From Takakia lepidozioides (lineage: Eukaryota > Plantae > Bryophyta), in NCBI GenBank assembly GCA_030704615.1, contig CM060732.1:77252001-77316000 (forward strand): a stretch of DNA of 64,000 nt, read 5' to 3'. The notes below the pieces were generated by a model, which saw nothing but the letters and a program-made list of their open reading frames with translations, did not search any database and had not been told where the DNA came from. How positions within the stretch are numbered: the stretch's first letter is position 1; every line of letters starts with the position of its first letter. Below, one piece after another: positions 1 through 12,292 of this stretch. A program made the translations under genes and the position numbers.

Positions 1-1
1 A

Positions 2-2413
2 CTTGTAAGGACACTATATGAGGCACGAAACCTGAAAGAGGCTATTAAAATTTTGAACCATGGAGGCATTTTCGCAGAGTCGGATACTTATATGTGGCTC
101 TTGCATAAGTGCACAAAGATGAAATGCCTAGCAGCAGGAAAGCAGGTGCATACTCACATTATCCAAAGTGGATTCAAGCCAAACGTGTTTCTATACAACA
201 CTCTTGTCAACATGTATGTCAAATGTGGGAGCATTGTAGATGCACATGGAGTGTTTGACAAAATGCCTGAACGAAATATGTGTTCATGGACTATAATGGT
301 GGCAGGATATACGAAGCATGGGTGTGGGAGAAATGCCTTGGAGACATATGAGGAAATGATACAGGAAGGGGTGAAGCCCAACGGGGTCACGTTAGTTTGC
401 GTTCTAAAGTCATGTGCCTGCCTGGCAGCCCTGGAAAAGGGCAAACAGGTCCATGGTGACATCATGAAAGCTGGAGTTGTACCAGATATGATTCTGAATA
501 CTACCCTTGTTGACATGTATGTCAAATGTGGGAGCATAGAGGATGCAAGAATAGTGTTTGACAATATGATTGAACGAGATGTGGTGTCATGGAGTGTGAT
601 GATTGCAGGATATGCCCAGCATGGGTGCGGGATGGAGGCTGTGGAGACGTATGAGCAAATGATGCTGGAAGGGGTGAAGCCGGACCAGGTGACATACGCT
701 TGCATTTGCAATGCATGTGCTTGCCTGGCAGACCTGGAAAAGGCCAAAGAGGTCCACGGTGACATCATGAAAGCTGGAATTATACCAAATATGATTCTGA
801 ATACTACGCTTGTGAACATGTATGTCAAATGTGGGAGCATAAAGGATGCAAAGGTAGTGTTTGACAATATGGATGAGCGAGACGTGGTATCCTGGAGTGC
901 GATGATAGCAGGATATGCCCAGCATGGGTGTGGGGTGGAGGCTGTGGAGATGTATAGGCAAATGATGCAGGAAGGGGTGAAGCCGGACCAGGTGACATTC
1001 GCTTGTGTTTGCAATGCATGTGCAAGCCTGGCAGCCCTGGAAAAGGGCAAAGGGGTGCATGGTGACATCATGAAAGCTGGAATTGTACCAAATGTGATTC
1101 TGAATACTACCCTTGTGGACATGTATGCCAAATGTGGGAGCATAAAGGATGCAAAGGTAGTGTTTGAGCATATGGCTGAACGAAATGTGGTGTCCTGGAG
1201 TGCAATGATTGCAGGATATGCCCAGCATGGAAATGGGATGGACGCTCTGGAGACATATGACCAGATGAGGCAGGAAGGGGTAACACCCAACCAGGTCACG
1301 TTTGTTTGCGTTTGCAATGCATGTGCGAGCCTGGCAGCCCTGGGAAAGGGTAAAGAGGTCCATGCTGACATCATAAAAGCTGGGATTGTACCAAATATCA
1401 TCCTGGGCACTACCCTCGTGGATATGTATGCCAAATGTGGGAGCATAAGGGATGCAATAGGAATATTTGACAATATGGCTGAACGAAATTTGGTGTCATG
1501 GAATGCGATGATGGCAGGATATGCCCAGCATGGTTGCCACAGGGAGGCCCTGCGACTATTTGAAGGAATGCAAAAGGAAGGCTTGAAGCTGGATAGTATC
1601 ACCTTCGTGTGCATTCTCTCTGCATGTAGCCATGTGGGCCTAGTGGATGAAGGCAGACACTACTTTCATTCCCTGAGTCGAGATTATGGCCTCACTCCAA
1701 CAGTAGAACACTTTGGTTGCATGGTGGACCTTCTTGGTCGTGCAGGGCAATTGGATGAGGCAGAGGACTTCATTAACAAAATGCCAATCAAACCAGATGC
1801 TGTGGTGTGGAAGGCCTTGCTTGGTGGGTGCAGGATTCATGGCAATGTGGAGATTGCTGAACGTGCAGCAACACTTATTCTCAAGTGGGATCAACAGGAC
1901 ACTGCAACTTATGTGTTGCTATCAAACATCTATGCCACAGCTGGCAGGTGGGCTGATACTGCAAAGGTGAGAAATATAATGAAGGTCAAAGGGGTCAGAA
2001 AGGAGCCAGGTCATTCATGCATTGAGGTCAGCAACAGGTTGCACACCTTTGTTGTTGATGACAAATTGCATCCAAGAATGGAGGAAATCCATGCTGAACT
2101 GAGAAGATTGTCTGGGCAGATGAAGGAGGCAGGGTATATACCTGACACGCAATTTGTATTGCATAATGTGAGGGAGGAGTACAAGCAAATGTCTCTTTGC
2201 CATCACAGTGAGAAGCTGGCCATTGCTTTTGGGCTGATCAGCACAGCCCCTGGGACACCTCTCCGTGTGATCAAGCATCTTCGAGTGTGTGGTGACTGCC
2301 ACACCGCTACCAAGTTCATCTCAAAGATTGTCGGCCGAACAATTGTTGTACGTGATGCAAACCGTTTTCACCACTTCGAGGATGGGGTTTGTTCCTGTGA
2401 TGAGTACTGGTGA
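2..2413 (+). CDS. PLS-class PPR protein with E and DYW (cytidine deaminase) domains; organellar C-to-U RNA editing factor; 5' end lies outside the window
   Basis: 17 L/S/P motifs in ~101-aa triplets, PG box (KEPGHSCIE), HSEKLA...CGDCH zinc/deaminase signature, C-terminus CSCDEYW. The frame is open from position 2 (LVRTLYEARNLKEAIKILNH...), so the TTG start at 53 in the ORF track is not the true start. Confidence 0.95.
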   Translation, partial: LVRTLYEARNLKEAIKILNHGGIFAESDTYMWLLHKCTKMKCLAAGKQVHTHIIQSGFKPNVFLYNTLVNMYVKCGSIVDAHGVFDKMPERNMCSWTIMVAGYTKHGCGRNALETYEEMIQEGVKPNGVTLVCVLKSCACLAALEKGKQVHGDIMKAGVVPDMILNTTLVDMYVKCGSIEDARIVFDNMIERDVVSWSVMIAGYAQHGCGMEAVETYEQMMLEGVKPDQVTYACICNACACLADLEKAKEVHGDIMKAGIIPNMILNTTLVNMYVKCGSIKDAKVVFDNMDERDVVSWSAMIAGYAQHGCGVEAVEMYRQMMQEGVKPDQVTFACVCNACASLAALEKGKGVHGDIMKAGIVPNVILNTTLVDMYAKCGSIKDAKVVFEHMAERNVVSWSAMIAGYAQHGNGMDALETYDQMRQEGVTPNQVTFVCVCNACASLAALGKGKEVHADIIKAGIVPNIILGTTLVDMYAKCGSIRDAIGIFDNMAERNLVSWNAMMAGYAQHGCHREALRLFEGMQKEGLKLDSITFVCILSACSHVGLVDEGRHYFHSLSRDYGLTPTVEHFGCMVDLLGRAGQLDEAEDFINKMPIKPDAVVWKALLGGCRIHGNVEIAERAATLILKWDQQDTATYVLLSNIYATAGRWADTAKVRNIMKVKGVRKEPGHSCIEVSNRLHTFVVDDKLHPRMEEIHAELRRLSGQMKEAGYIPDTQFVLHNVREEYKQMSLCHHSEKLAIAFGLISTAPGTPLRVIKHLRVCGDCHTATKFISKIVGRTIVVRDANRFHHFEDGVCSCDEYW

Positions 2414-2499
2414 CTCACTGTTTTAATTTCTTCACCAGTGTCTTGCATTTGACTGCACAAATCATCTCAAACATTATGCTTGCCCATGCGAGAAGGCTG

Positions 2500-2790
2500 C
2501 AGGCATGGTAAAAAATGCACCAATTCCGTAAGGGATTTGTTGCAGTATATGTTGTAATTGGACATTGCTACAAAGTCATATGATGTATGCAGCCAAAAGG
2601 ATTTGTAAATTTCAACAGGAATCCCGTCAAGTCCCGGGGTTTTACGATCCTTCAGTTTGGACAAAGCATTTTGCAGTTCAGATTCAGAGAGGGGACCTTC
2701 CAAGCTAGAAGCAGCCGAAGGGGAGAGCATCGTTGGTGTATGAGCAAGATAGGTGTTGTGGAGCTGCGAGGTAACCGGCATGTCACCCAT
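2500..2790 (-). mobile_element. L1-type LINE ORF2 fragment
   Basis: ELQNALSKLKDRKTPGLDGIPVEIYKSFW matches the K(A/T)PGxDG motif just upstream of the RT core. Confidence 0.75.
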
Positions 2791-3038
2791 TCAGCAACAG
2801 TGGAAGCCTTAGGTTCTGAATGAGCGCACAATCACTGGAGTGCACCATCAGTTTGGAGGATTGCTGAGTGCACAATCACTGCACCAATGCATCCGAGGCC
2901 CGACGGTTTTCTACTGGTGCACACTTGATGTATTTGACCGCTGCACATGGAAGCTTCTAAAGCAAGTTCAACTTATTTTCCTGGTTTTTGCAATTCCTCA
3001 TGTTTTTAACTCACACGTCTCTTTTGTTCTTTGCAGGT

Positions 3039-5556
3039 CTCATTCAAATATCCTCTTGGCAAGCGGTTTGCCATTGAAGAGCAGAGATCTGCCTGACTTC
3101 TGCTTTCCCAGTGGGGTTGAGGTGATTGTTCTAAACCTTAGCATCCCTCTGGGCGTTCTTGTTCTTGTCTCTTCTCTGACCTCTATTCACCTTGGCCATC
3201 AATCATCATATTGTCCTTGGGCTGTCTGAAAGTGTAGTCTCACATGTTTAGAGTTCTTCCTACATTCTCAATGAGCTTTTTGCTTGGAGAATTTAGACAC
3301 TTCTGGGACAAGTTGTGAGGTTGAGGGGTGTATGCAGGCCCGTCTAATGGAGCGGACTCCATCCATGAGCGACTTGAATGAGATTATGTCTGGCCAGGTA
3401 CTGCTGCTGGTGGACTGTCTGTTAACATATTTAGTCTGGTGAGAAATCACATTGAACTTGCTGCATTACATGTAGTATTGGTCTTCACGCGATGATGCAT
3501 ATTCATTGTGGTTGTCCTAACCTTCTCATGCTCTATGGTCGCTTTGGTGTAGAGCCGAGGTGGTCTCGCCGAGGTTGACCTACTCTAGCAGAATTGAAAT
3601 TTTCTGATACCTTCAGGGCAGGCAGGGCACAGTAACTGAGGTTGTTCTCATTAGAGTGTACTTTGCACAGCCTTTTGGCCGTCTGCTCTACACCATGTCC
3701 CAGTCAAAGTTCAAATGGATGCAGTAAAGCACATTGTTGATTCAAAGACTTGGGGTTTCTGTGTTGATTTATTTATTGCAGTCCCATCAGAAGCGAGATG
3801 ATCAATCATTTGTTTTCCTGCTCAAGGTTTGTCACCCTTCATCATCAAACTGTCCAGGTCAAGTGTTGTTCCCACGAGTCTGTGCACGTGACCTTTTCTG
3901 TTTGGTGCATTAGGGTTTGTTTTGGATTTCAAGTAGGCTGTATTTGCTTGATTTAGACAGCTCCCATCAGACATACGCTTTCGGTTTCGGGAAGGGGCTT
4001 TTGTATGGAAGCTAGATTTGGGAGCCTGCTGTGCGACTGCTGTTAGTTCAAGGCTTCTTTCGAGAAGGCAATTTGAACCAGATCTAGAAACTTAGTGGCT
4101 GTAGTCTCAGTTAGTACGCAAAAATTTTAGAGAGCAGAAATGTGCTTGCTAACTTACGTGATAAGAAGACAGCCTGGTCAATTTTGCAGCAGTGATGTCT
4201 AGCTAGGGTGACTGCTTATGACAGTGAGTAAAGAGTATTTGTGACGCTTCCTCATACTGGTTCCTGTGTGGGCCAGGTGGCAGACAATGCCACATTATAT
4301 GGAGTCTGTGTATTTTTGCCCGAAATTGTCCAAAGAGCACCAGGCTTCCTAGCAATGAACACAGCACTCTCCCCTCCCCAGTTGCCCCCAAGCCGCTCCT
4401 TTGTCTCTGCTCCGCGATACTATTGCCTTCTCACACGGTTGCCATTTTTCCATCTCCATTTTGAAGTTTTGAACAGGTCAGTATCTTTTTGTCTTTCTCC
4501 TATTACCCCTCCTCTTATCTTGTGCTGTTGCATGCTATTATTTATCTTGTGGGACAGGGAGGCTGTGATGATATAAATGAGTGCTTTGTTGACCATCTCA
4601 CTATGTTACTTACCTTGGAGTTTTGTTGATTGGGTAGTGTGCCTTACCTGTGCGCTTCTGCTTGTCTGTGTCAAAAGTATTAGATCACAGCACAATGAGA
4701 TGACACTAACATAATAAGTGCCACCCATGGTCAAAGTGGGAAGCAAGGGCAATGGAAAATTAGGATCTCCTATGGTGGATGACCCTAATGGTTGGATGGA
4801 AAGTGCCGTACCTGTTGATAGTGTGTTAGGGGCAACGGCTGCAGCTGCAGGCCTGATATCAGAGTCTAAGATGAACTCATTCACTTCAAAGGGATCAGGC
4901 CCTCTTTCTCCAGAAACTGCCTATGGTTACACGTCCCCACGCACTCTTTCGCCACTTGCACGGACAGTGGAAAAAGAGTTTGTAGTGGAAGAGGCAGACA
5001 CAACAGCAGACCAGGGATTGCAAGTATGCAATGGGTTCAAAGGAGGCATGGAGGTAGCATTTCCACCATTCAACTTTGTACTTTTGCCTCTTTTGAGAGT
5101 TAGTTCTGTCCACGTCTTGTCACAGTACGTAGTGGCGGTGGATTGGCTTTTCAAGTACTCAAAAGAGGCTGTTGTTTCAATTTCTTTCAGAAGTTACTGA
5201 TGGACATCTTTATTCTTGTTTTTGGTGACTGTGCATGAATATGGACGATGACATGGAATGTTCATCTACCCCTGACCATAAAGTGAAGTTTATAACAACA
5301 TATGGCACTTCCTGCGCAAATGGGATAAAATCAGTAAACCTGTCACTCTGTGCTTAAGCTGTGTGATTTTCCCTCAGGTACATCCAGAGGAGGTAGAAAA
5401 ATCAGTCGGACACACCAATGGCAATATCAAGACCCCTCGGACAAGTGTAAACCTGGACAGAGCAGAGGATGTAGGGTCGATTTCAAGCATCGGCACATTT
5501 GCTCCACGGTCAAGTGTAGGGCATGAGCGGTTGGACAGCTCAGAGTCACTTTATAG
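3039..5556 (+). pseudogene. DENN (AEX-3) domain gene remnant (internal exons only)
   Basis: AG/GT-bounded exons at ~3039-3121 (DLPDFCFPSGVE), ~3339-3396 (ARLMERTPSMSDLNE), ~3782-3826 (RDDQSFVFLLK) and 4278-4457 (VADNATLYGVCV...SAPRYYCLLTRLPFFHLHFEVLN). The next exon (~4680) has in-frame stops. No start or terminal exons were found. Confidence 0.7.
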
Positions 5557-5647
5557 GTATAAACTCTTCATGAATTGTACATAAAGGAAAGGACATATGT
5601 ACCCTGTACTCTTCGTGTCTCTTTCTGACTCTCTCTAATGAATTAGA

Positions 5648-6231
5648 GGCTATAGCAAACAACGGCTTATGAGTACATCTAACGAAGTTAGGCATAAAAC
5701 TTCCCTGAATTGTTTCCCATTTGTGACACCAGTGAGGACCTTAAGGATGATCTGAAGGGCCTACCTACCCGCGGCACTAGACTGAAATTTAAACTCACGG
5801 CAAGGAGTCTACCTTCGAACAATAAACAGATGCAGAAGGAAAGGGAGATTGTCAAATGCCCGATGTTTGGGTGGCCTGAAGACAATCTTCATTTTCTGAT
5901 ACAATGTCCCGGGTACTCTAATCAGAGAGTGACCCTCTTCAGGACCATCAACAACATCCCTGCACCTCAGTTCACCAACTTTCAAATTTTTGATTAAAGC
6001 CCTGGCCCTGTTGGGGTCTAATTGCTGGGCAGCTCACACACAGCAGATCAATGCTTCTGTGAAGGGATTTCTAGTGGAAATCCGGCCAATTATTTATCCC
6101 AAGGTAAGTTCCACTACTGGACTGAGCCCCTCTCAAAGGCAGTGTCTACTCCTTCTTGTTTGCCCAAACTGGTCTATGGCCACAAGGCTATCGCAAACAA
6201 CATCTCATGAGTACAACTCTCTCTCTCTCTT
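5648..6231 (+). mobile_element. 5'-truncated non-LTR retrotransposon copy (same family as 15693-15960 and 19484-21150)
   Basis: RLKFKL...CPMFG...HFLIQCP C-terminal zinc domain. The shared 3' end ggccacaaggcta..caaacaac..atgagtaca is followed by (TC)n. Confidence 0.85.
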
Positions 6232-6402
6232 CAGGCTAAGATCAAGAACCCTACGAGTTTGCTTGTGAACAAGTACCTCTGAGTGCCTGAATGGCAGTTA
6301 CGGGAAAATAGGCTTACACCTGCAGCTGAGTTGCAGGCATAAGCTAAACCTTGGTGGTTTCAGGAAGGCCCCTCCAAGGGCCTCACCCTGCGTCAAGAAA
6401 CA

Positions 6403-6986
6403 GCCAGGATTTTTTTTTTCCATCGATGGCTGGGATCATCTCAATCTGACGGCTCACAAGAGCAGGCAGGAACCTAACGTGATGGAAGGTGCCTTCCAGT
6501 GTTGGACCGGTATATGTATTTTTAAATACCAGACTGGTCCTGGTATGAAGGATCTGATCTCTTATGCATACCAGGTGGTATCACAGGCAACAACCTAGGC
6601 TGGTCTGGTATGGACGAGCATTTTTTGTTTATATATTATCGTGCCGTTAATTCCACCTCGCGGAATGCACCCCATTGGCTCCATCGAGTGCATTCCGAAA
6701 TGCAGAATGCACAGGCCACAAAATGTTTTTTTGGCATTTCGGAAACCCTGCGGTAGGGGATGTCCGGGCTGGACCGTCCTTGACGCGCTCGCATTAAGTT
6801 CTTACATTATTCCTATTATCTTCCTTTCTTTACGCAAGGTAACACATCTCCTATGGTGCATTCCTGGATTTTGGGCCTTCCCCTGCGGCTACCACCTCGG
6901 TGTCAGGCCTTAAATCCGGAATGCCCTACACTCAGGGCATTACCCTACACGTAAGGTGCCATCCTCTCTAACTAAAAAATCCTGGC
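6403..6986. repeat. Possible MITE with GCCAGGATTTTT inverted ends and internal hairpins
   Basis: gccaggattttt at ~6403 and aaaaatcctggc at ~6975, plus a perfect 10-bp stem cggaatgcac...gtgcattccg at 6661-6697. No TSD recognised. Confidence 0.3.
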
Positions 6987-8321
6987 CGGGCCTTTACGAA
7001 CAACCGGAGTGTTGAAATGTGCGGCCACAAATTGTGAAGTAGCTACTTAGCTACTAATATGACTCTATTTTTAATTGCATTTTACAAATAGTCCAAGCTT
7101 CCGTATCCTAACTAAAAACGATCCTGGATCCTAGTTGTCAACACTTTAAAAAATGTCACAGATGTGACACGTCATCACGGACCTCATTCATCCAGTTCTC
7201 GCAGAGAGTCATCCATCACCCTCTCGACTATTCTTCTGGGTGTGAAATGGATGAGTCCAGGCGTGCATTCATCCACAGTTTGCGTCTTGAGGAGAGAGGC
7301 AGGTAGAGCAGTAGTCGGGGCAGAGTCAAAGAAGGCCACGTGGGAGGGTGCCAGTGTGCAAAGCCGGCATGCTCTCCCTCTCTCGTGCCTTGTGCAAGGA
7401 AGGTTCGTTGTGGATGCAAACATCTGCGGAACAAGATTACGATCTCTTTACAATCGCAGTGATCTTGTACGATTCTCTCGTTGTAATTCTCTGATTTTTC
7501 AGACGGATCAGAAGATCGTTCTTCAATATCGTGTCTGGAGGAGGAGCCTAAAGTTATTCGCGGGCACGGTTGTGTGGATAATTCATCCGATCCTGACTTC
7601 TCTAGTTCTTTTGACATATAGCCACTTTGTCTGTCCGAACAGGTAAGCATCGTTCAAGGCTGTTAAACACCATGTATGTCGTAGTTTTCATTCGGCTCGT
7701 GTCTGTGTCTGTTTGTTTCACTGCCACGGGAGGAGGCGGGTCAAAGCACCCAAGCAGGCCAAGTTATGAACACGTTTCACGGGCAGAATTTAATCCGTTT
7801 TCTGTTCGCTTTGTTATTATCAGCACAATTAACATTTCAGATTTTTTCTGAAGATCTATTTCTCTCTTTATTTTTACACGTGAACTTCTTGTTCCTCTCT
7901 TCCAGTACTCCCACAATCTAGGAACTGTTCCCTACCTTACTAATTGATGCTCTCAATATACTCAAAAATTGAAGAAATATGTTTGGCTCATAGAGCGTAG
8001 TTGGCTTTGTCATCTTTTTACTTCTTACAAGTTCAAATTGCTCGATGATTTCTATTTGGACTTTTGCTTATGGGAATATTGTCGCTTTTAGAGAATACAT
8101 GTGGCTCCAGAGAGCACAGTGGAAAGGAAATGAAAGGAAGGACTTTGGGAGCCATCCTTACTGTGTCAGTCTTTTTACTGTCTTGGAGCAGATCCAGAAA
8201 TTCAATTCAAAGAAGTGGCTGTTTCTCGAGGCTGTAGCCTGTCACTTTTTTGGAAGAATTGAGCTACAAGATCTCTTTGCTCCCTCTTCGGGCTCTTCTC
8301 TCTCCTTCGCTTTTGCCGGTC

Positions 8322-11300
8322 ATGGCCTCACTTCAGAGCTGGTGTCAGCATTCCACTGGTGGAGGGAACTTGGCATGTTTAAAGCTGGATGGTTTGACAA
8401 ATGGAGCAGCCCCTTGGTCTGGAGGATACTCGGGCTTAAGGAGGTTCAGTAATTTCAAAGGATCTTCTACAACACCATCTATGTGTCAGCATTCAATGCC
8501 TTCCAGAATATCACAGTAAGGTCACCGTTCCTTGCACTTTGATGCTTGGTTGTTTGCTGGATAGAAGTTTTTGCATGTCCTTCTGCGCCATGGGACAGTG
8601 TTCTACTTCACAAAGTTCAGTACACTAGAAGACTCGACTTGTCCTCTGTATAAGCTGGCCTCTGTCCTCAATCTTAATTTCATGTAATGTAGATGGAGGA
8701 GCACGCTTGCACCAGCGACAGAGAAAACTGCAAAGAAGACACTTCTGCATGAATTGTATGAACAGCAGCGACAGAGCCCTTGGTATGATAATCTTCGACG
8801 ACCTGTAACTATGTTGGAGCCCCTGATTCTCAGTGGGGTTCGAGGCGTCACCAGCAACCCCACGGTATGTGATACCACTGAGAATCCTTTATAGTCCTCT
8901 ACTGATTCTTATGGGGATGATGGATTATGGTTTTTTTATGTCCTGAGATTCAGTGTGCAGGTGGTTCTCTTCCCTATCTTACTCTAAAATGCTCTCCTGT
9001 CCCCTTTAAGGGCACTTGATGAAGGTAGACATACACGCCAGTCCCACTGGCCATCATTTGACCCTGTGCTCTCTGTTGGACAGATATTTGAAAAAGCTAT
9101 ATCAGGATCGGATGCATACGATGATCAGTTCAGGTATGGATCTGAAAGTCAAGTACTCGGGCTTTGTGTCCAGAGTGTCACGGCTCTTTGAATAAAAAGT
9201 TTGTAGGTAAGTTACTCACTACAACAGGTCATTGTTCATATGCTGAAGACAAGTAAGTGGGGGGCTTTCATACGGTCTAACTCCTAGTTGTCAAATACAG
9301 ACAGCTTATCAAGGAGGGTAAAACAGTTGAAGAGGCGTACTGGGGCTTGGTAGTGCAAGATATTCAGGATGCCTGTGATCTGTTCCGGAATCTCTATGAT
9401 GAGAGCAAGGGGGATGATGGCTATGTCTCCATTGAAGTTTCTCCTCTGCTAGCCAATGAAACAGAGGAGACAATTGAGGCTGCTAAGTATCTGCACCAGA
9501 CTGTCAATCGGCCCAATGTGCTCATAAAAATCCCGGCAACCGCAGAGTGTGTTGAGGCAATCAGGAAGGTCATTTCATTGGGAATCAGTGTGAATGTCAC
9601 TGTAAGTCGCGAGGCCTTCATTTTATCTTCTGTAGATTGACTTGTTCAGTTGTTTCCTTATCCCTCTTTTTGTTGTTTCTTCTTCTGTGTGCGACTTATG
9701 ATGTTTTTTGTCCTGGTGCATATGTTTTCATCTTTGAATTTGGCTATCTCATGTTATCTTTTCTTACCTCTGAAATGGGAGATCAGAGTTTACTAGGCTC
9801 TCACATTGAGATCCATTTCGTTGGTCATACGGTGCAATCCATTATACAAGCTATGAGAATACTGGTCATGTTCGTGCACAGAACGGGGATCTCAAGAAGA
9901 GGAGACCACAAAGGAAGCAGTGAGCATGAGCGAGCTGCAGAGTTTGACTGTCTTAACAGCCATGTGGGTTCTGAAGTATGTCCTCGACTGGTTGTTGTTG
10001 CAGCTAATATTCTCTCTACCAAGGTACGAGGCGGTGATGGATGCCTATATAGAGGGTCTAGAGGCCGTGGAGCACGGGGATCTCTCCAAAATTTCAAGTG
10101 TTGCATCCTTCTTTGTGAGCCGCGTGGATGTGTTTGTAGACAAAAAGCTTGAAGGTTTGGGCACAGAAGAGGCACTCGTCCTTCGCGGCAAGGTATTTGA
10201 TTTCCATGTTTTTCTTGCAGTCTTATACTGAAAAATAACATTCTCTTGGCTTCTGAGATGCCGGTGATCTCAGTCTCCAGAAAATTTTGGTCCAAATGGA
10301 CTTGATTTTGGTTAATGCACTGGTCTGAGTTGCAGCTTTGGTTGGAAGGAACTGCTGGTTTTGGATGTAATTGAGTACATTACCTGTGCATGGCACAGTC
10401 TATCATCGTACATTTGGTAGGAGCAGATTGTTAGCTACCCTGCTGGTGTTGCTGGTGCTGGGAATACTAAACACCATATTGTATAGTTACACTTGTGTCA
10501 TTCTACAAATTTTTTGTGGGTTTGTGTGTGCCACAAGTTTCCTACTCTCAAGTACACAAGGAAACCTTGAAGGCAGTAAATGCACGGGCAGTGGAGCCTG
10601 TGTTACTCATAACCTCTGCGTATGTTGGATTGTTGATTTCAGGCAGCAAATTCACAGGCAGCCTTGGCTTATAAGCTGTACCAAGAGAAATTTTCTGGTC
10701 CTCGATGGGAATCCTTGGAAAAGCGGGGAGCAAGGAAGCAGCGAGTGTTGTGGGCTTCAACCAGTGTGAAGAATCCAGCGTACCCTGATACTCTCTACGT
10801 CAATCCTCTCATCGGTCCTGACACTGTAAGCTTCCAATATTTCTTGGTACTCTTATCTGTTTTGATAATTATAGTGGCAAAAAAAAAGAAAAAGCTCTCT
10901 CCCAAATGTGAGAAGTAAAAACTTCTGAACAAAAACCTCGACCAAAAGTGCACCCGCAACCTGAAGCTGGAAACCTCGTACATTGATCCAGGTTATGGCC
11001 CCTTACTGGATCTGCTATCTAAGGAACTGGGCTTTCAAGGATGTCTGCCAGTGATCAAAGGCTTTGCAGGTAGGCCTCTTTATTGGAGCCCGACTTCCTC
11101 CTTGTGCACACCCACATCGAACAATGATACAGCTTTATCTTTGTGTCTAACTGCATCTATGTATGGGGATTTCCAATTGCCCAGGTGACCACCATGCCAG
11201 ATGCTGCGTTGGAGGCCTTTGTGGACCATGGCAAGGTTGCAAGGACAATTGATGCCAATGTGGAAGAGGCACAACAGATTTACAACAAGATAGCGGAATT

Positions 11301-11424
11301 AGGCATCCACTGGGGAGATGTTGGTTCCCAGTTGGAGCTTGAGGGTGTTGATTCCTTCAAAAAGAGTTTTAACAATCTAGTCAAGACCCTCGCACCAAAA
11401 GCAGCTGCTCTCGTTGCAAACTAA
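8322..11424 (+). CDS. TAL: Plastid transaldolase, 7 coding exons (8322-8515, 8693-8864, 9084-9133, 9301-9601, 10004-10192, 10643-10825, 11185-11424)
   Basis: [36 protein letters not shown] (Schiff-base Lys), [39 protein letters not shown] introns, and a Ser/Gly-rich transit-like exon 1 that splices in phase to exon 2. Confidence 0.93.
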
Positions 11425-12199
11425 GTCTTCTCATTGTGGATATTGTAAGGTCAGGTCACAAACAGAATCCATGATATACTTCATTGGGGTTATACCAACT
11501 TGCCAAGGACACATAGAAGCAGCTAAAAGTTCATATGTTTCAACTGAGAATGGCTTTCTAATTTCTCTCGTCTGTGCAGGTACATAGCATGAGCAGTTGA
11601 GGTGGTCAAGCGACACAAGTCGGTTGAGCTTCTGAATGAGCAATTGCTGAGCAATCACGCCGTGCAAAATCTTTTGGAACTACTACCTCGTCAAAAATTG
11701 CAGATTGGTGTAACCTAACCAGATTAATTGGCAGATGCTTCGCAGTTGTTTGAACAATCAGTCTGATTTAAAGCTCAGTGTTACAAGACTTGTTACAAAT
11801 TGTTCAGCCTATATAAGGTTGTGAATCATTGCTGAGCTTCAGACTGCGTTGCAAAATCCCTGCAACACTCGCTTGCTGAGATCAGGGACCAGTGCAGATC
11901 AGGGATCACTATGACTTTAAACGAAATGAAGCAGAAGTAATTTTTATACCAATTTTCTCTCCACACAACACTCGCGCAAAGTAGAACGTCATCCACCCAT
12001 TTGGATGTCGAAATATGGATGCATCTATCAACTCACGGTTGATGAAGACGACCGTGAATGACAAAACATCCTGGTAGATGGAAAGCTGGGCTTCATCGAT
12101 GTTCATCGATGTTTCATCCATTTACAGACGAATAAAGCGAAGAATAAAGATAAAGATAAAGTTTCTCTAACATACAGTGAATCTACGAGCCTACCGCTC

Positions 12200-12292
12200 A
12201 ACACACAGCCCATCGAGGGCCCAATGGACTCTTGAAGGCACAGGTTGAAGGATTGAACCCACGATCACCCAGGTTATGCCACTGGACCACCT
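12200..12292 (-). repeat. Possible tRNA-derived SINE head
   Basis: Minus strand reads ggtggtccagtggcataacc...gggttcaatcc, resembling Pol III A and B boxes. The spacing is too short for a real tRNA. Confidence 0.35.

Noticed and set aside
154-1614. 486-aa and 258-aa antisense ORFs over the PPR gene
   Set aside because: Shadow frames of the repetitive PPR coding sequence, with no independent motifs.
12243-12292. tRNA gene
   Set aside because: A and B boxes are too close together and no cloverleaf or anticodon arm is present; SINE-like at most.
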